Positions 14,916 through 27,417 of a stretch of 64,000 bases of DNA are shown one piece after another; position 1 is the stretch's first letter; every line of letters starts with the position of its first letter. Both the position numbers and the translations under genes were made by a program. The DNA lies in contig OZ024743.1 of NCBI GenBank assembly GCA_964016885.1, positions 107,570,001 to 107,634,000 of the forward strand, given 5' to 3'. This stretch comes from Eledone cirrhosa. Taxonomy: Eukaryota. The notes beneath the pieces are model-generated. The model was not told the DNA's origin, made no database searches, and was given only the letters and a program-made list of their open reading frames with translations.

Positions 14916-15473
14916 ATAAAATATTAAAAAAATAATGAATAAAACAATGAAACAGTTCCTTATATTAAACAAAAAAAGTTCGTTATTTAACGATCGTTTC
15001 TAGGACATATATGTGTTAGAATTGGCATGCATATTCAACAGATCTATGTACAAAATTATACAAAATTATACAAACTATCAAATTTAATATACATACCAAC
15101 ACACATATATGCCGTCTTCAGAAATAATTATTTCTGAAGACGGCATATATGTGTGTTGGTATGTATATTAAATTTGATAGTTTGTATAATTTTGTATAAT
15201 TTTGTACATAGATCTGTTGAATATGCATGCCAATTCTAACACATATATGTCCTAGAAACGATCGTTAAATAACGAACTTTTTTTGTTTAATATAAGGAAC
15301 TGTTTCATTGTTTTATTCATTATTTTTTTAATATTTTATCTTGACTCTGTATTCCGTTTATCTTTCACCGAAAGTGATTTTTGAATGCATCTCTTCTTTC
15401 CATGATATCCGGATTACATTGAGTTCTTCATACGGATTGGACACTACCGTAAACTCTTGGTAGATTTATCTAC

Positions 15474-15475
<2 letters not shown>
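14916..15475. mobile_element. (TA)n-flanked perfect palindrome (212-bp arms, no spacer, centre 15127/15128) plus a ~135-bp one-sided tail; contains an HHR-like motif
   Basis: Exact mirror around GAAATAA|TTATTTC. Confidence 0.9.
15128..15272 (+). ncRNA. Type I hammerhead-like motif with a very long stem II
   Basis: TTATTT-CTGAAGA-[~115 nt imperfect hairpin]-GAAA-CGATCG-TT-AAATAA. Confidence 0.5.
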
Positions 15476-15516
<41 letters not shown>

Positions 15517-15551
15517 ATATATATATATATATAAATATATATATATATATT

Positions 15552-15574
<23 letters not shown>

Positions 15575-15583
<9 letters not shown>

Positions 15584-15845
15584 GATACTATTTATAGTTA
15601 TGTATATTTAAACATTTTTATAGTTATGTATATTTTAAACTATGAACAGGGCAGGTCAGTAATTTATTACTACCTTATTGCCAGTAAGATAAATAGCTCA
15701 ATGTAAAAACATCAGTTGTTCTACAGAGCAGTTATATAGAATTCACAAGAATCAAAGCTATGTTCAAAGCATGTATTCACTTACATTTGTTTCATCCAAA
15801 CCTAGGCTTGGGGTCTTCGGAGCATGTTTGAATGTTTGTACATAT
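15575..15845 (-). mobile_element. pLTR-like repeat homologous to 29240-29471, with an HHR relic at 15778-15824
   Basis: Minus strand reads GCT-CCGAAGA-cc-CCAAGCCT/AGGTTTGG-at-GAAA-CAAATG-TA-AGT. Confidence 0.6.
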
Positions 15846-16346
15846 AATTGACGTCCTATCCAACGCAAGAGACATACAGATACACATATATATATATTGA
15901 TGTACAGTGGAGTGACATATATTATACTATACTATACTTGTACAGTAATTCAAATTTAAAATCAAAATTAAAATCAAAATTAAAATACAAGCGGCAGATA
16001 ACACAGATAATGCAAGAGGATAGTTCGATAATCAGATCTAGTAGATAGTGTATGCGTTAGTCATACATGGAGCATGCAAGTGTGTCTCATTTATATACAA
16101 GTATTGTGTGGCAAGGTGTTACATGTAATGCAAGCACTTTAGGCGGGTAAGCAAGAGTATTATGGTGGTTGTAGTGGTAGGGTATTTTTGAATCCTGTGA
16201 TATCATCAGGTATTCGAAATATAATAAGTGAATGTAATAGATAAAATCCAAGGGGTTGAAAATCAAAGACCCGAGGACGACCGCCATCCCGCATCTCCCA
16301 CCTTTGCCGGTCGCCCTCAAATGACATGGCTAAAGCTTACAGTGTG

Positions 16347-16800
16347 CTACTACCGGTCAAATAAAGGAAAACAGAAAGGAATAGGAACATAAGTCAGCGC
16401 TAATATCATGCCTCAAGAAAAAAGGAAGAAAGAAAGAAGAGAGAAGAAGGGGGAAGGAATAAAAGGAAGAAGAAGAGAAGTCAGGGTTAATGTCAGCTAT
16501 AAGAAGAAAGACAGAAAGAAAGGGGAGGAAAGGTCGGTATTACAGTCAGGCCAAGAATGTCGCGAAAAAACATGTTATTCTAAGGGACCCGTATCTTAAC
16601 AACTACTACCGGTCAAATATAGGCAAACAAAAAGGGGGTAGAAGATAAGTCAGCGTTAATATCATGCCACAAGGAGAAATACAGAAAGAAGGTAGAGAGA
16701 AATAAGAAGAGGCAGTAGAGGAAATGTCAGGGTTGATGGCTACAAGAAGAAACAGAAATAAAGAGGAAGAAAGGTCGATATTAATGTCAGACTACAGTCA
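16347..16800. repeat. Diverged tandem duplication, period ~257 bp
   Basis: CTACTACCGGTCAAAT...ATAAGTCAGCGYTAATATCATGCC at ~16347 and ~16604. Confidence 0.75.
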
Positions 16801-16907
16801 GACCGAAAACGATAAACGGAACAAATGAAACGAAATTTCATTTCCCGGCCGATTAACCCACTCGATATGCAAATTGGGCTCGTTATATGTGACAACTATC
16901 AACAAAA

Positions 16908-17088
16908 ATAATTGTTTCTACTTTAGGCACAAGGCCAGCAGTAACCCAGTGCATTAGTGGTACTTTATTTTATCGACCCCGTAAGGATGAAAGGCAAAGT
17001 TAACCTCGGCGGGATTTGAACTCAGATTGTAAAGGGACGTAACTATGCTGGAAAGCATCGCGTCCGACCCTCTACTGATACTGCCAAT
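16908..17088 (-). mobile_element. Full-length Nin/Deu-core tRNA SINE
   Basis: A box, B box, core and tail all present as reverse complement. Confidence 0.9.
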
Positions 17089-17117
17089 GCTAGGCAGCAT
17101 CGAATATACTATATAGT

Positions 17118-20100
17118 AACAGTGCTGTTGTTGTTAGGCAGTATTATTTGTACAACAGTGTTGTTATTAGGCAGTATTATGTCTAGATCAGTGCTGTTGT
17201 TGTTAGACAGTATTATGTCTAGAATAAAGTACCAGTAATGCACTGGGTAATTACTGGCCTTGTGCCTAAAGTAGAAACAATTATGTCTAGATCAGTGCTG
17301 TTGTTGTTGCAGCACTGATCTAGACATAATACTGTCTAACAACAACAGCTCTGATCGAGACATAATACTGTCTAACAACAACAGCACTGATCTAGGCATA
17401 ATACTGCCTAATAACAACAGCACTGATCTAGACATAATAGTGTCTAACAACAACAGCACTGATCTAGACATAATACTGTCTAACAACAACAGCACTGATC
17501 TAGACATAATACTGTCTAACAACAACAGCACTGATCTAGACATAATACTGTCTAACAACAACAGCACTGATCTAGACATAATTGTTTCTACTTTAGGCAC
17601 AAGGCCAGCAATTACCCAGTGCAAGTACCAGTAATGCACTGGGTAATTGCTGGCCTTGTGCCTAAAGTAGAAACAATTATGTCTAGATCAGTGCTGTTGT
17701 TGTTAGACAGTATTATGTCTAGATCAGTGCTGTTGTTGTTAGACAGTATTATGTCTAGATCAGTGCTGTTGTTGTTAGACAGTATTATGTCTAGATCAGT
17801 GCTGTTGTTGTTAGACACTATTATGTCTAGATCAGTGCTGTTGTTATTAGGCAGTATTATGCCTAGATCAGTGCTGTTGTTGTTAGACAGTATTATGTCT
17901 CGATCAGAGCTGTTGTTGTTAGACAGTATTATGTCTAGATCAGTGCTGCTGTTATTAGGCAGTATTAAGTCTAGATCAGTGGTGTTGTTGTTAGACAGTA
18001 TTATGTCTAGATCAGTGCTGTTGTTATTAGGCAGTATTATGTCTAGATCAGTGCTGTTGTTGTTAGGCAGTATTATGTCTAGATCAGTGCTGTTGTTGTT
18101 AGACAGTATTATGTCTAGATCAGTGCTGTTGTTATTAGGCAGTATTATGTCTAGATCAGTGCTGTTGTTGTTAGGCAGTATTATGTCTAGATCAGTGCTG
18201 TTGTTATTAGGCAGTATTATGTCTAGATCATTGCTGTTGTTGTTAGGCAGTATTATGTCTAGATCAGTGCTGTTGTTGTTAGGCAGTATTATGTCTAGAT
18301 CAGTGCTGTTGTTATTAGGCAGTATTATGTCTAGATCAGTGCTGTTGTTGTTAGGCAGTATTATGTCTAGATCAGTGCTGTTGTTGTTAGGCAGTATTAT
18401 GTCTAGATCAGTGCTGTTGTTGTTAGACATTATTATGTCTAGATCAGTGCTGTTGTTATTAGGCAGTATTATGTCTAGATCAGTGCTGTTGTTGTTAGGC
18501 AGTATTATGTCTAGATCAGTGCTGTTGTTGTTAGGCAGTATTATGTCTAGATCAGTGCTGTTGTTATTAGGCAGTATTATGTCTAGATCAGTGATGTTGT
18601 TGTTAGACAGTATTATGTCTAGATGAGTGCTGTTGTTATTAGACAGTATTATGTCAAGATCAGTGCTGTTGTTGTTAGACAGTATTATGTCTAGATCAGT
18701 GCTGTTGTTGTTAGACAGTATTATGTCTAGATCAGTGCTGTTGTTGTTAGACAGTATTATGTCTAGATCAGTGCTGTTGTTGTTAAACAGTATTATGTCT
18801 AGATCAGTGCTGTTGTTGTTAGGCAGTACTATGCCTAGATCAGTGCTGTTGTTGTTAGACAGTATTATGTCTAGATCAGTGCTGTTGTTGTTAGACAGTA
18901 TTAAGTCTAGATCAGTGCTGTTGTTATTAGGCAGTATTATGTCTAGATCAGTGCTGTTGTTGTTAGACAGTATTATGTCGAGATCAGTGCTATTGTTGTT
19001 AGGCAGTATTATGCCTAGATCAGTGCTGTTGTTGTTAGGCAGTATTATGTCTAGATCAGTGCTGTTGTTGTTAGGCATTATTATGTCTAGATCAGTGCTG
19101 TTGTTGTTAGACAGTATTATGTCTAGATCAGTGGTGTTGTTATTAGGCAGTATTATGTCTAGATCAGTGCTGCTGTTATTAGGCAGTATTATGTCTAGAT
19201 CAGTGCTGTTGTTGTTAGGCAGCATTATGTCTAGTTCAGTGCTGTTGTTATTAGGCAGTATTATGTCTAGATCAGTGCTGTTGTTGTTAGACAGTATTAT
19301 GTCTAGATGAGTGCTGTTGTTGTTAGGCAGTATTATGTCTAGATCAGTGCTTTTGTTGTTAGACAGTATTATTTCTAGATCAGTGCTGTTGTTATTAGGC
19401 AGTATTATGTCTAGATCAGTGCTGCTGTTATTAGGCAGTTTTATGTCTAGATCAGTGCTGTTGTTGTTAGACACTATTATGTCTAGATCAGTGCTGTTGT
19501 TGTTAGACAGTATTATGTCTAGATCAGTGCTGCTGTTGTTAGACAGTATTATGTCTAGATCACTGCTGCTGTGTTAGACAGTATTATGTCTAGATCAGTG
19601 CTGTTGTTGTTAGACACTATTATGTCTAGATCAGTGCTGTTGTTGTTAGGCAGTATTATGTCTAGATCAGTGCTGCTGTTATTAGGCAGTATTATGTGTA
19701 GATCAGTGCTGTTGTTATTAGGCAGTATTATGTCTAGATCAGTGCTGCTGTTATTAGGCAGTATTATGTCTAGATCAGTGCTGTTGTTGTTAGGCAGCAT
19801 TATGTCTAGATCAGTGCTGCTGTTGTTAGGCAGTATCATGTCTAGATCAGTGTTGTTGTTATTAGGCAGTATTATGTCTAGATCAGTGCTGTTGTTATTA
19901 GGTAGTATTATGCCTAGATCAGTGCTGTTGTTGTTAGACAGTATTATGTCTCGATCAGAGCTGTTGTTGTTAGACAGTATTATGTCTAGATCAGTGCTGC
20001 TGTTATTAGGCAGTATTAAGTCTAGATCAGTGGTGTTGTTGTTAGACAGTATTATGTCTAGATCAGTGCTGTTGTTATTAGGCAGTATTATGTCTAGATC

Positions 20101-23100
20101 AGTGCTGTTGTTGTTAGGCAGTATTATGTCTAGATCAGTGCTGTTGTTGTTAGACAGTATTATGTCTAGATCAGTGCTGTTGTTATTAGGCAGTATTATG
20201 TCTAGATCAGTGCTGTTGTTGTTAGGCAGTATTATGTCTAGATCAGTGCTGTTGTTATTAGGCAGTATTATGTCTAGATCATTGCTGTTGTTGTTAGGCA
20301 GTATTATGTCTAGATCAGTGCTGTTGTTGTTAGGCAGTATTATGTCTAGATCAGTGCTGTTGTTATTAGGCAGTATTATGTCTAGATCAGTGCTGTTGTT
20401 GTTAGGCAGTATTATGTCTAGATCAGTGCTGTTGTTGTTAGGCAGTATTATGTCTAGATCAGTGCTGTTGTTGTTAGACATTATTATGTCTAGATCAGTG
20501 CTGTTGTTATTAGGCAGTATTATGTCTAGATCAGTGCTGTTGTTGTTAGGCAGTATTATGTCTAGATCAGTGCTGTTGTTGTTAGGCAGTATTATGTCTA
20601 GATCAGTGCTGTTGTTATTAGGCAGTATTATGTCTAGATCAGTGATGTTGTTGTTAGACAGTATTATGTCTAGATGAGTGCTGTTGTTATTAGACAGTAT
20701 TATGTCAAGATCAGTGCTGTTGTTGTTAGACAGTATTATGTCTAGATCAGTGCTGTTGTTGTTAGACAGTATTATGTCTAGATCAGTGCTGTTGTTGTTA
20801 GACAGTATTATGTCTAGATCAGTGCTGTTGTTGTTAAACAGTATTATGTCTAGATCAGTGCTGTTGTTGTTAGGCAGTACTATGCCTAGATCAGTGCTGT
20901 TGTTGTTAGACAGTATTATGTCTAGATCAGTGCTGTTGTTGTTAGACAGTATTAAGTCTAGATCAGTGCTGTTGTTATTAGGCAGTATTATGTCTAGATC
21001 AGTGCTGTTGTTGTTAGACAGTATTATGTCGAGATCAGTGCTATTGTTGTTAGGCAGTATTATGCCTAGATCAGTGCTGTTGTTGTTAGGCAGTATTATG
21101 TCTAGATCAGTGCTGTTGTTGTTAGGCAGTATTATGTCTAGATCAGTACTGTTGTTATTAGGCAGTATTATGCCTAGATCAGTGCTGTTGTTGTTAGACA
21201 GTATTATGTCTAGATCAGTGCTGTTGTTGTTAGACAGTATTATGTCTAGATCAGTGCTGTTGTTGTTAGACAGTATTATGTCTAGATCAGTGCTGTTGTT
21301 GTTAGACAGTATTATGTCTAGATCAGTGCTGTTCTTGTTAGACAGTAATATGTCTAGATCAGTGCTGCTGTTGTTAGGCAGTATTATGTGTAGATCAGTG
21401 GTGTTGTTGTTAGACAGTATTATGTCTAGATCAGTGCTGTTGTTGTTAGACAGTATTATGTCTAGATCAGTGCTGTTGTTGTTAGACACTATTATGTGTA
21501 GATCAGTGCTGTTGTTGTTAGACACTATTATGTGTAGATCAGTGCTGTTGTTGTTAGACAGTATTATGTCTAGATCAGTGCTGTTGTTGTTAGACAGTAT
21601 TATATCTAGATCAGTGCTGTTGTTGTTAGACAGTATTATGTCTAGATCAGTGCTGTTGTTGTTAGACAGTATTATGTCTAGATCAGTGCTGTTCTTGTTA
21701 GACAGTAATATGTCTAGATCAGTGCTGCTGTTGTTAGGCAGTATTATGTGTAGATCAGTGGTGTTGTTGTTAGACAGTATTATATCTAGATCAGTGATGT
21801 TGTTGTTAGACAGTATTATGTCTAGATCAGTGCTGCTGTTATTAGGCAGTTTTATGTCTAGATCAGTGCTGCTGTTGTTAGACAGTATTATGTCTAGATC
21901 ACTGCTGCTGTTATTAGACAGTATTATGTCTAGATCAGTGCTGATGTTATTAGGCAGTATTATGTGTAGATCAGTGCTGTTGTTATTAGGCAGTATTATG
22001 TCTAGATCAGTGCTGCTGTTATTAGGCAGTATTATGTCTAGATCAGTGCTGTTGTTGTTAGGCAGCATTATGTCTAGATCAGTGCTGTTGTTATTAGGCA
22101 GTATTATGTCTAGATCAGTGCTGTTGTTGTTAGACAGTATTATGTCTAGATCAGTGCTGTTGTTGTTAGGCAGTATTATGTCTAGATCAGTGCTGTTGTT
22201 GTTAGACAGTATTATTTCTAGATCAGTGTTGTTGTTATTAGGCAGTATTATGTCTAGATCAGTGCTGCTGTTATTAGGCAGTTTTATGTCTAGATCAGTG
22301 CTGTTGTTGTTAGACACTATTATGTCTAGATCAGTGCTGTTGTTGTTAGACAGTATTATGTCGAGATCAGTGCTGCTGTTGTTAGACAGTATTATGTCTA
22401 GATCACTGCTGCTGTGTTAGACAGTATTATGTCTAGATCAGTGCTGTTGTTGTTAGACACTATTATGTCTAGATCAGTGCTGTTGTTGTTAGGCAGTATT
22501 ATGTCTAGATCAGTGCTGCTGTTATTAGGCAGTATTATGTGTAGATCAGTGCTGTTGTTATTAGGCAGTATTATGTCTAGATCAGTGCTGCTGTTATTAG
22601 GCAGTATTATGTCTAGATCAGTGCTGTTGTTGTTAGGCAGCATTATGTCTAGATCAGTGCTGCTGTTGTTAGGCAGTATTATGTCTAGATCAGTGTTGTT
22701 GTTATTAGGCAGTATTATGTCTAGAAATAAAGTACCAGTAATCTACTGGGTAATTTTCTGGCCTTGTGCCAATAGTAGAAACAATTATGTCTAGATCAGT
22801 GCTGTTGTTGTTAGGCAGTATTATGTCTAGATCAGTGCTGTTGTTGTTAGGCAGTATTATGTCTAGATCAGTGCTGTTGTTATTAGGCAGTATTATGTCT
22901 AGATCAGTGCTGTTGTTGTTAGGCAGTATTATGTCTAGATCAGTGCTGTTGTTGTTAGACAGTATTATGTCTAGATCAGTGCTGTTGTCGTTAGACAGTA
23001 TTATGTCTAGATCAGTGCTGTTGTAGTTAGGCAGTATTATTTCTAGATCAGTGCTGTTGTTGTTATACAGTATTATGTCTAGATCAGTGCTGTTGTTGTT

Positions 23101-24857
23101 AGACAGTATTATGTCTAGATCAGTGCTGTTGTTGTTAGGCAGTATTATGTCTAGATCAGTGCTGTTGTTGTTAGGCATTATTATGTCTAGATCAGTGCTG
23201 TTGTTGTTAGACAGTATTATGTCTAGATCAGTGGTGTTGTTATTAGGCAGTATTATGTCTAGATCAGTGCTGCTGTTATTAGGCAGTATTATGTCTAGAT
23301 CAGTGCTGTTGTTGTTAGGCAGCATTATGTCTAGTTCAGTGCTGTTGTTATTAGGCAGTATTATGTCTAGATCAGTGCTGTTGTTGTTAGACAGTATTAT
23401 GTCTAGATGAGTGCTGTTGTTGTTAGGCAGTATTATGTCTAGATCAGTGCTTTTGTTGTTAGACAGTATTATTTCTAGATCAGTGCTGTTGTTATTAGGC
23501 AGTATTATGTCTAGATCAGTGCTGCTGTTATTAGGCAGTTTTATGTCTAGATCAGTGCTGTTGTTGTTAGACACTATTATGTCTAGATCAGTGCTGTTGT
23601 TGTTAGACAGTATTATGTCTAGATCAGTGCTGCTGTTGTTAGACAGTATTATGTCTAGATCACTGCTGCTGTGTTAGACAGTATTATGTCTAGATCAGTG
23701 CTGTTGTTGTTAGACACTATTATGTCTAGATCAGTGCTGTTGTTGTTAGGCAGTATTATGTCTAGATCAGTGCTGCTGTTATTAGGCAGTATTATGTGTA
23801 GATCAGTGCTGTTGTTATTAGGCAGTATTATGTCTAGATCAGTGCTGCTGTTATTAGGCAGTATTATGTCTAGATCAGTGCTGTTGTTGTTAGGCAGCAT
23901 TATGTCTAGATCAGTGCTGCTGTTGTTAGGCAGTATCATGTCTAGATCAGTGTTGTTGTTATTAGGCAGTATTATGTCTAGATCAGTGCTGTTGTTATTA
24001 GGTAGTATTATGTCTAGATCAGTGCTGTTGTTGTTAGGCAGTATTATGTCTAGATCAGTGCTGTTGTTGTTAGACAGTATTATGTCTAGATCAGTGCTGT
24101 TGTTGTTAGACAGTATTATGTCTAGATCAGTGCTGTTGTAGTTAGGCAGTATTATTTCTAGATCAGTGCTGTTGTTGTTATACAGTATTATGTCTAGATC
24201 AGTGCTGTTGTTGTTAGACAGTATTATGTCTAGATCAGTGCTGTTGTTGTTAGGCAGTATTATGTCTAGATCAGTGCTGTTGTTGTTAGGCATTATTATG
24301 TCTAGATCAGTGCTGTTGTTGTTAGATAGTATTATGTCTAGATCAGTGGTGTTGTTATTAGGCAGTATTATGTCTAGATCAGTGCTGTTGTTGTTAGACA
24401 GTATTATGTCTAGATCAGTGCTGTTGTTGTTAGGCAGTATTATGTCTAGATCAGTGCTGTTGTTGTTATACAGTATTAAGTCTAGTTCAGTGCTGTTGTT
24501 GTTAGACAGTATTATGTCTAGATCAGTGCTGTTCTTGTTAGACAGTATTATGTCTAGATCAGTGCTGTTGTTGTTAGATAGTACTATGTCTAGATCAGTG
24601 CTGTTGTTATTAGGCAGTATTATGCCTAGATCAGTGCTGTTGTTATTAGACAGTATTATGCCTAGATCCGTGCTGTCGTTGTTAGACAGTATTATGTCTA
24701 GATCAGTGCTGTTGTTGTTAGGCAGTATTATGTGTACAATAGTGATGTTGTTGTTAGGCAGTATTATGTGTACAATAGTGATGTTGTTGTTAGGCAGTAT
24801 TATGTGTACAACAGTGTTGTTGTTGTTAGGCAGTATGTGTACAATAGTACTGTTGTA
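17118..24857. repeat. 36-bp minisatellite (~200 units; consensus GTCTAGATCAGTGCTGTTGTTGTTAGRCAGTATTAT) with higher-order duplications, an inversion and embedded SINE tails
   Basis: 12-aa periodic ORFs on both strands (MSRSVLLLLDSI / SNNNSTDLDIIL); SINE tails at 17224-17282, 17624-17680 and 22726-22787; inverted block 17310-17623. Confidence 0.98.
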
Positions 24858-25442
24858 CTTTCTGTCCGGGATAGGTACAACATCGAAGGGCTAATTCCTT
24901 CGCCAATAGAATTTTTGACCCAACTTAGTCAAGTAGACCCATTTTTACTTGTAGCTAATAAGTTAAATTGCTATGAACAACTCGATAATTATAAGTTACC
25001 TTCCCTACATTGTCTCTCAATTAAAAAATTTAAAAATTAGCACATAACTATAAACACTCACAATTTCTAATCTATCGAGAAGTTAGTTCCCCTGAAACCA
25101 CCCTCTAATTAGTAAGGTAAATATGCCCTTTGGCAGCCATCTTGTTACCCATAGGCAGATCTCACACAATGCAGCCTCGACAGATGAATACTGCTTGATT
25201 ATGGCTGACAACTGATGCAACCAAGACACCATAGTAAAAACCAATATATGGAACATTATATTATGTAACATTATCCCATTATTTTAATTTATATTCCTTT
25301 GAAGATCCGATGAGCCACTCTGTTTTTTAAGTATGTTAATTATTTTCAACTGAACCAGATCAATTATGATATATAATCATCTGATCCAGAAATATTATAT
25401 GGAGTAGCGAAACAATTGTAAACGGACATTATTATTATTAAT

Positions 25443-25555
25443 AAGTTCAAATCCCGCCGATGTTAACTTTGCCTTTCATCCTTATGGGGTCGATAAAATA
25501 AAGTACCAGTAATACACTGGGTAATTGCTGGCCTTGTGCCAAAAGGTAGAATCAA
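25443..25555 (+). mobile_element. Nin/Deu-core SINE, 5'-truncated
   Basis: GTTCAAATCCCGCCGA...GGGGTCGATAAAATAAAGTACC...GGCCTTGTGCC. Confidence 0.85.
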
Positions 25556-25894
25556 TTAATATTAATATTACTATTAATATTCTCTACATTCCTTACATCA
25601 AACTAAAATACGTTGACAATCTTTTAATAATGTCTTCCTTGTTAAGTTTGTGGCCTGGTTTTGATTAACTAATGAATATTTCCAGCTCTGCGCACCTAAC
25701 TTCAGCATGAACCCAGCCACCTAGCTGCTTTCTACTGCATATTGCACATTGAGCCTTTACGCTTTGGCTTCTAACTAACTCACCAATCTCTCCTCTCATA
25801 TCTCCTCTACTATCTCCATCTCTCTCTTTAAGATTGGTTACTCTTGAACTGTGTATATATTTATATATATATATATATTTATATATTTATATAT

Positions 25895-25925
<31 letters not shown>

Positions 25926-25938
25926 AATATATAAATAT

Positions 25939-26015
<77 letters not shown>

Positions 26016-26125
26016 AATATATAAATATATATATATAAATATATATATATACCTATATATATATAAATATATAAATATATATATATATATATAAATACAT
26101 ATATATATATATATAAATATATATA

Positions 26126-26354
26126 TTGTTATACTTTGGGAGGGTCATGTTGCCAATAAGAAACACACGCACCAGCTGCTTTCACTTCAATTTATTATAT
26201 ATTTATAAATTTATAAATTTAAAAATTTCTGGTTCGTTGGTTGGTTCCACAACCAGATAGTTGTTTATATATAGTCATTGTTCTTTCGTCACACACTCTG
26301 TGACCTCTTCAGTGACTGGGGATTCCTTTCTTTGTTTCCGTGCCTCTCCTTTGT
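26126..26354 (-). mobile_element. PLE 3' terminal segment (pLTR with HHR), near identical to 33001-33234
   Basis: Sequence identity to the PLE end; abuts (TA)n; HHR motif at 26273-26317. Confidence 0.9.
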
Positions 26355-27417
26355 ATTTTAGTATGTTAATTTTTTTGTTTGTTCTTTTTATTTTTCTGTT
26401 TTGGGGGATACTGCACTTGGTTTTGTTCACAGGTTTTGGTGGGGTGTGTTTTCTACATATATTTGTGACAGTGTCTACAAAGATCTGCCAAGATGTTTTG
26501 ATGTTGGTCGAAGTGTGTGCGTGTGTAAAAGACCAGTCGATATGCGATAGTTCGTTCATAATTGCATCCCAGTTTGCATTGTGGAGATCCATGTTATCAA
26601 ATGGGTGGGCTTGATGGAGGACCCTGGGATTAGCTTTCGGCTGGTGGAATCTCAGGTTACAAAGAACCATGTCATGGTCTGAGAGAAGGGTTTTTTCCAC
26701 TCTAATATTATGTATAGTGTTAGTGTAGTTACTAAACACTAGATCCAGAATGTTCTTCTGATGCCTCGTTGGAGCAAGGACAAGTTGGGACAGGAAAAAC
26801 TCATTCATGAAGTCAAGAAGTGACTCGACAGCCTCTTTGTCAGTGGTTGAGGCTGTGGAGCCTGGTTTCAAACTACATGTAGACCAATCGACACAGGGTA
26901 GATTAAAGTCTCCTATCAAAAGTATGTTGCTAGAATGGCACTGTTTAATAAAGCATTTAAAACTGTTCAGGCATTCTTTGAAACAGAATATGGGTGTTTG
27001 TGGCGACCTATAGAGCCCAACTAATGTCAGGTCATTGGCTTTATTGTGCACAGTGACTGATTCACAGTATCCATTATAGAATGTTGTGTTGCCATCTGCC
27101 GTAAAGGAATCATGCAGGAAAATGGCAGTTCCACCCCTCCTTCTGCCAATACGATCCGCACGGATGGTTGTAAAATTTCTCACTCTTACTTCGGCCTCCA
27201 AGTGGGAGTTGTCAAGGTGGGTCTCAGTAAGAATGAAGAAGGGGATGTGAAATGGATAGTTACCAACCCAATCCTCAATGAATTGAATCTTCCATTTCTG
27301 TGCATTGATGGATGGGCTGATACCTTGTGTATTGAGTAAGAATGTGGAGGCTAGTGTGGTGGCTGGTTTTGACTGTTGCAGAGGGCTTGTTTTGTGATTG
27401 TGTGTTAGTGACAGCAA
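26275..27417 (-). CDS. LINE ORF2 N-terminus: apurinic/apyrimidinic-type (EEP) endonuclease, truncated before RT and reading into the PLE pLTR
   Basis: Motifs LLNTQGI, LTETHL, RADR..RRRGGTAIF, GLYRSP, IGDFNLP, PTR..NILDLVFSN, SDHDMV. Confidence 0.9.
   Translation of the reverse strand: MLSLTHNHKTSPLQQSKPATTLASTFLLNTQGISPSINAQKWKIQFIEDWVGNYPFHIPFFILTETHLDNSHLEAEVRVRNFTTIRADRIGRRRGGTAIFLHDSFTADGNTTFYNGYCESVTVHNKANDLTLVGLYRSPQTPIFCFKECLNSFKCFIKQCHSSNILLIGDFNLPCVDWSTCSLKPGSTASTTDKEAVESLLDFMNEFFLSQLVLAPTRHQKNILDLVFSNYTNTIHNIRVEKTLLSDHDMVLCNLRFHQPKANPRVLHQAHPFDNMDLHNANWDAIMNELSHIDWSFTHAHTSTNIKTSWQIFVDTVTNICRKHTPPKPVNKTKCSIPQNRKIKRTNKKINILKYKGEARKQRKESPVTEEVTECVTKEQ

Noticed and set aside
16280-16330. 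CCGAGGA-CGACCG...CGGTCG as an HHR
   Set aside because: No GAAA or stem III downstream
17292-24894. Long ORFs (up to 920 aa) of SNNNSTDLDIIL / MSRSVLLLLDSI repeats, and a CRISPR-like look
   Set aside because: A by-product of a 36-bp unit that is stop-free on both strands; 2-bp-deleted units shift the frame; there are no unique spacers and no cas genes
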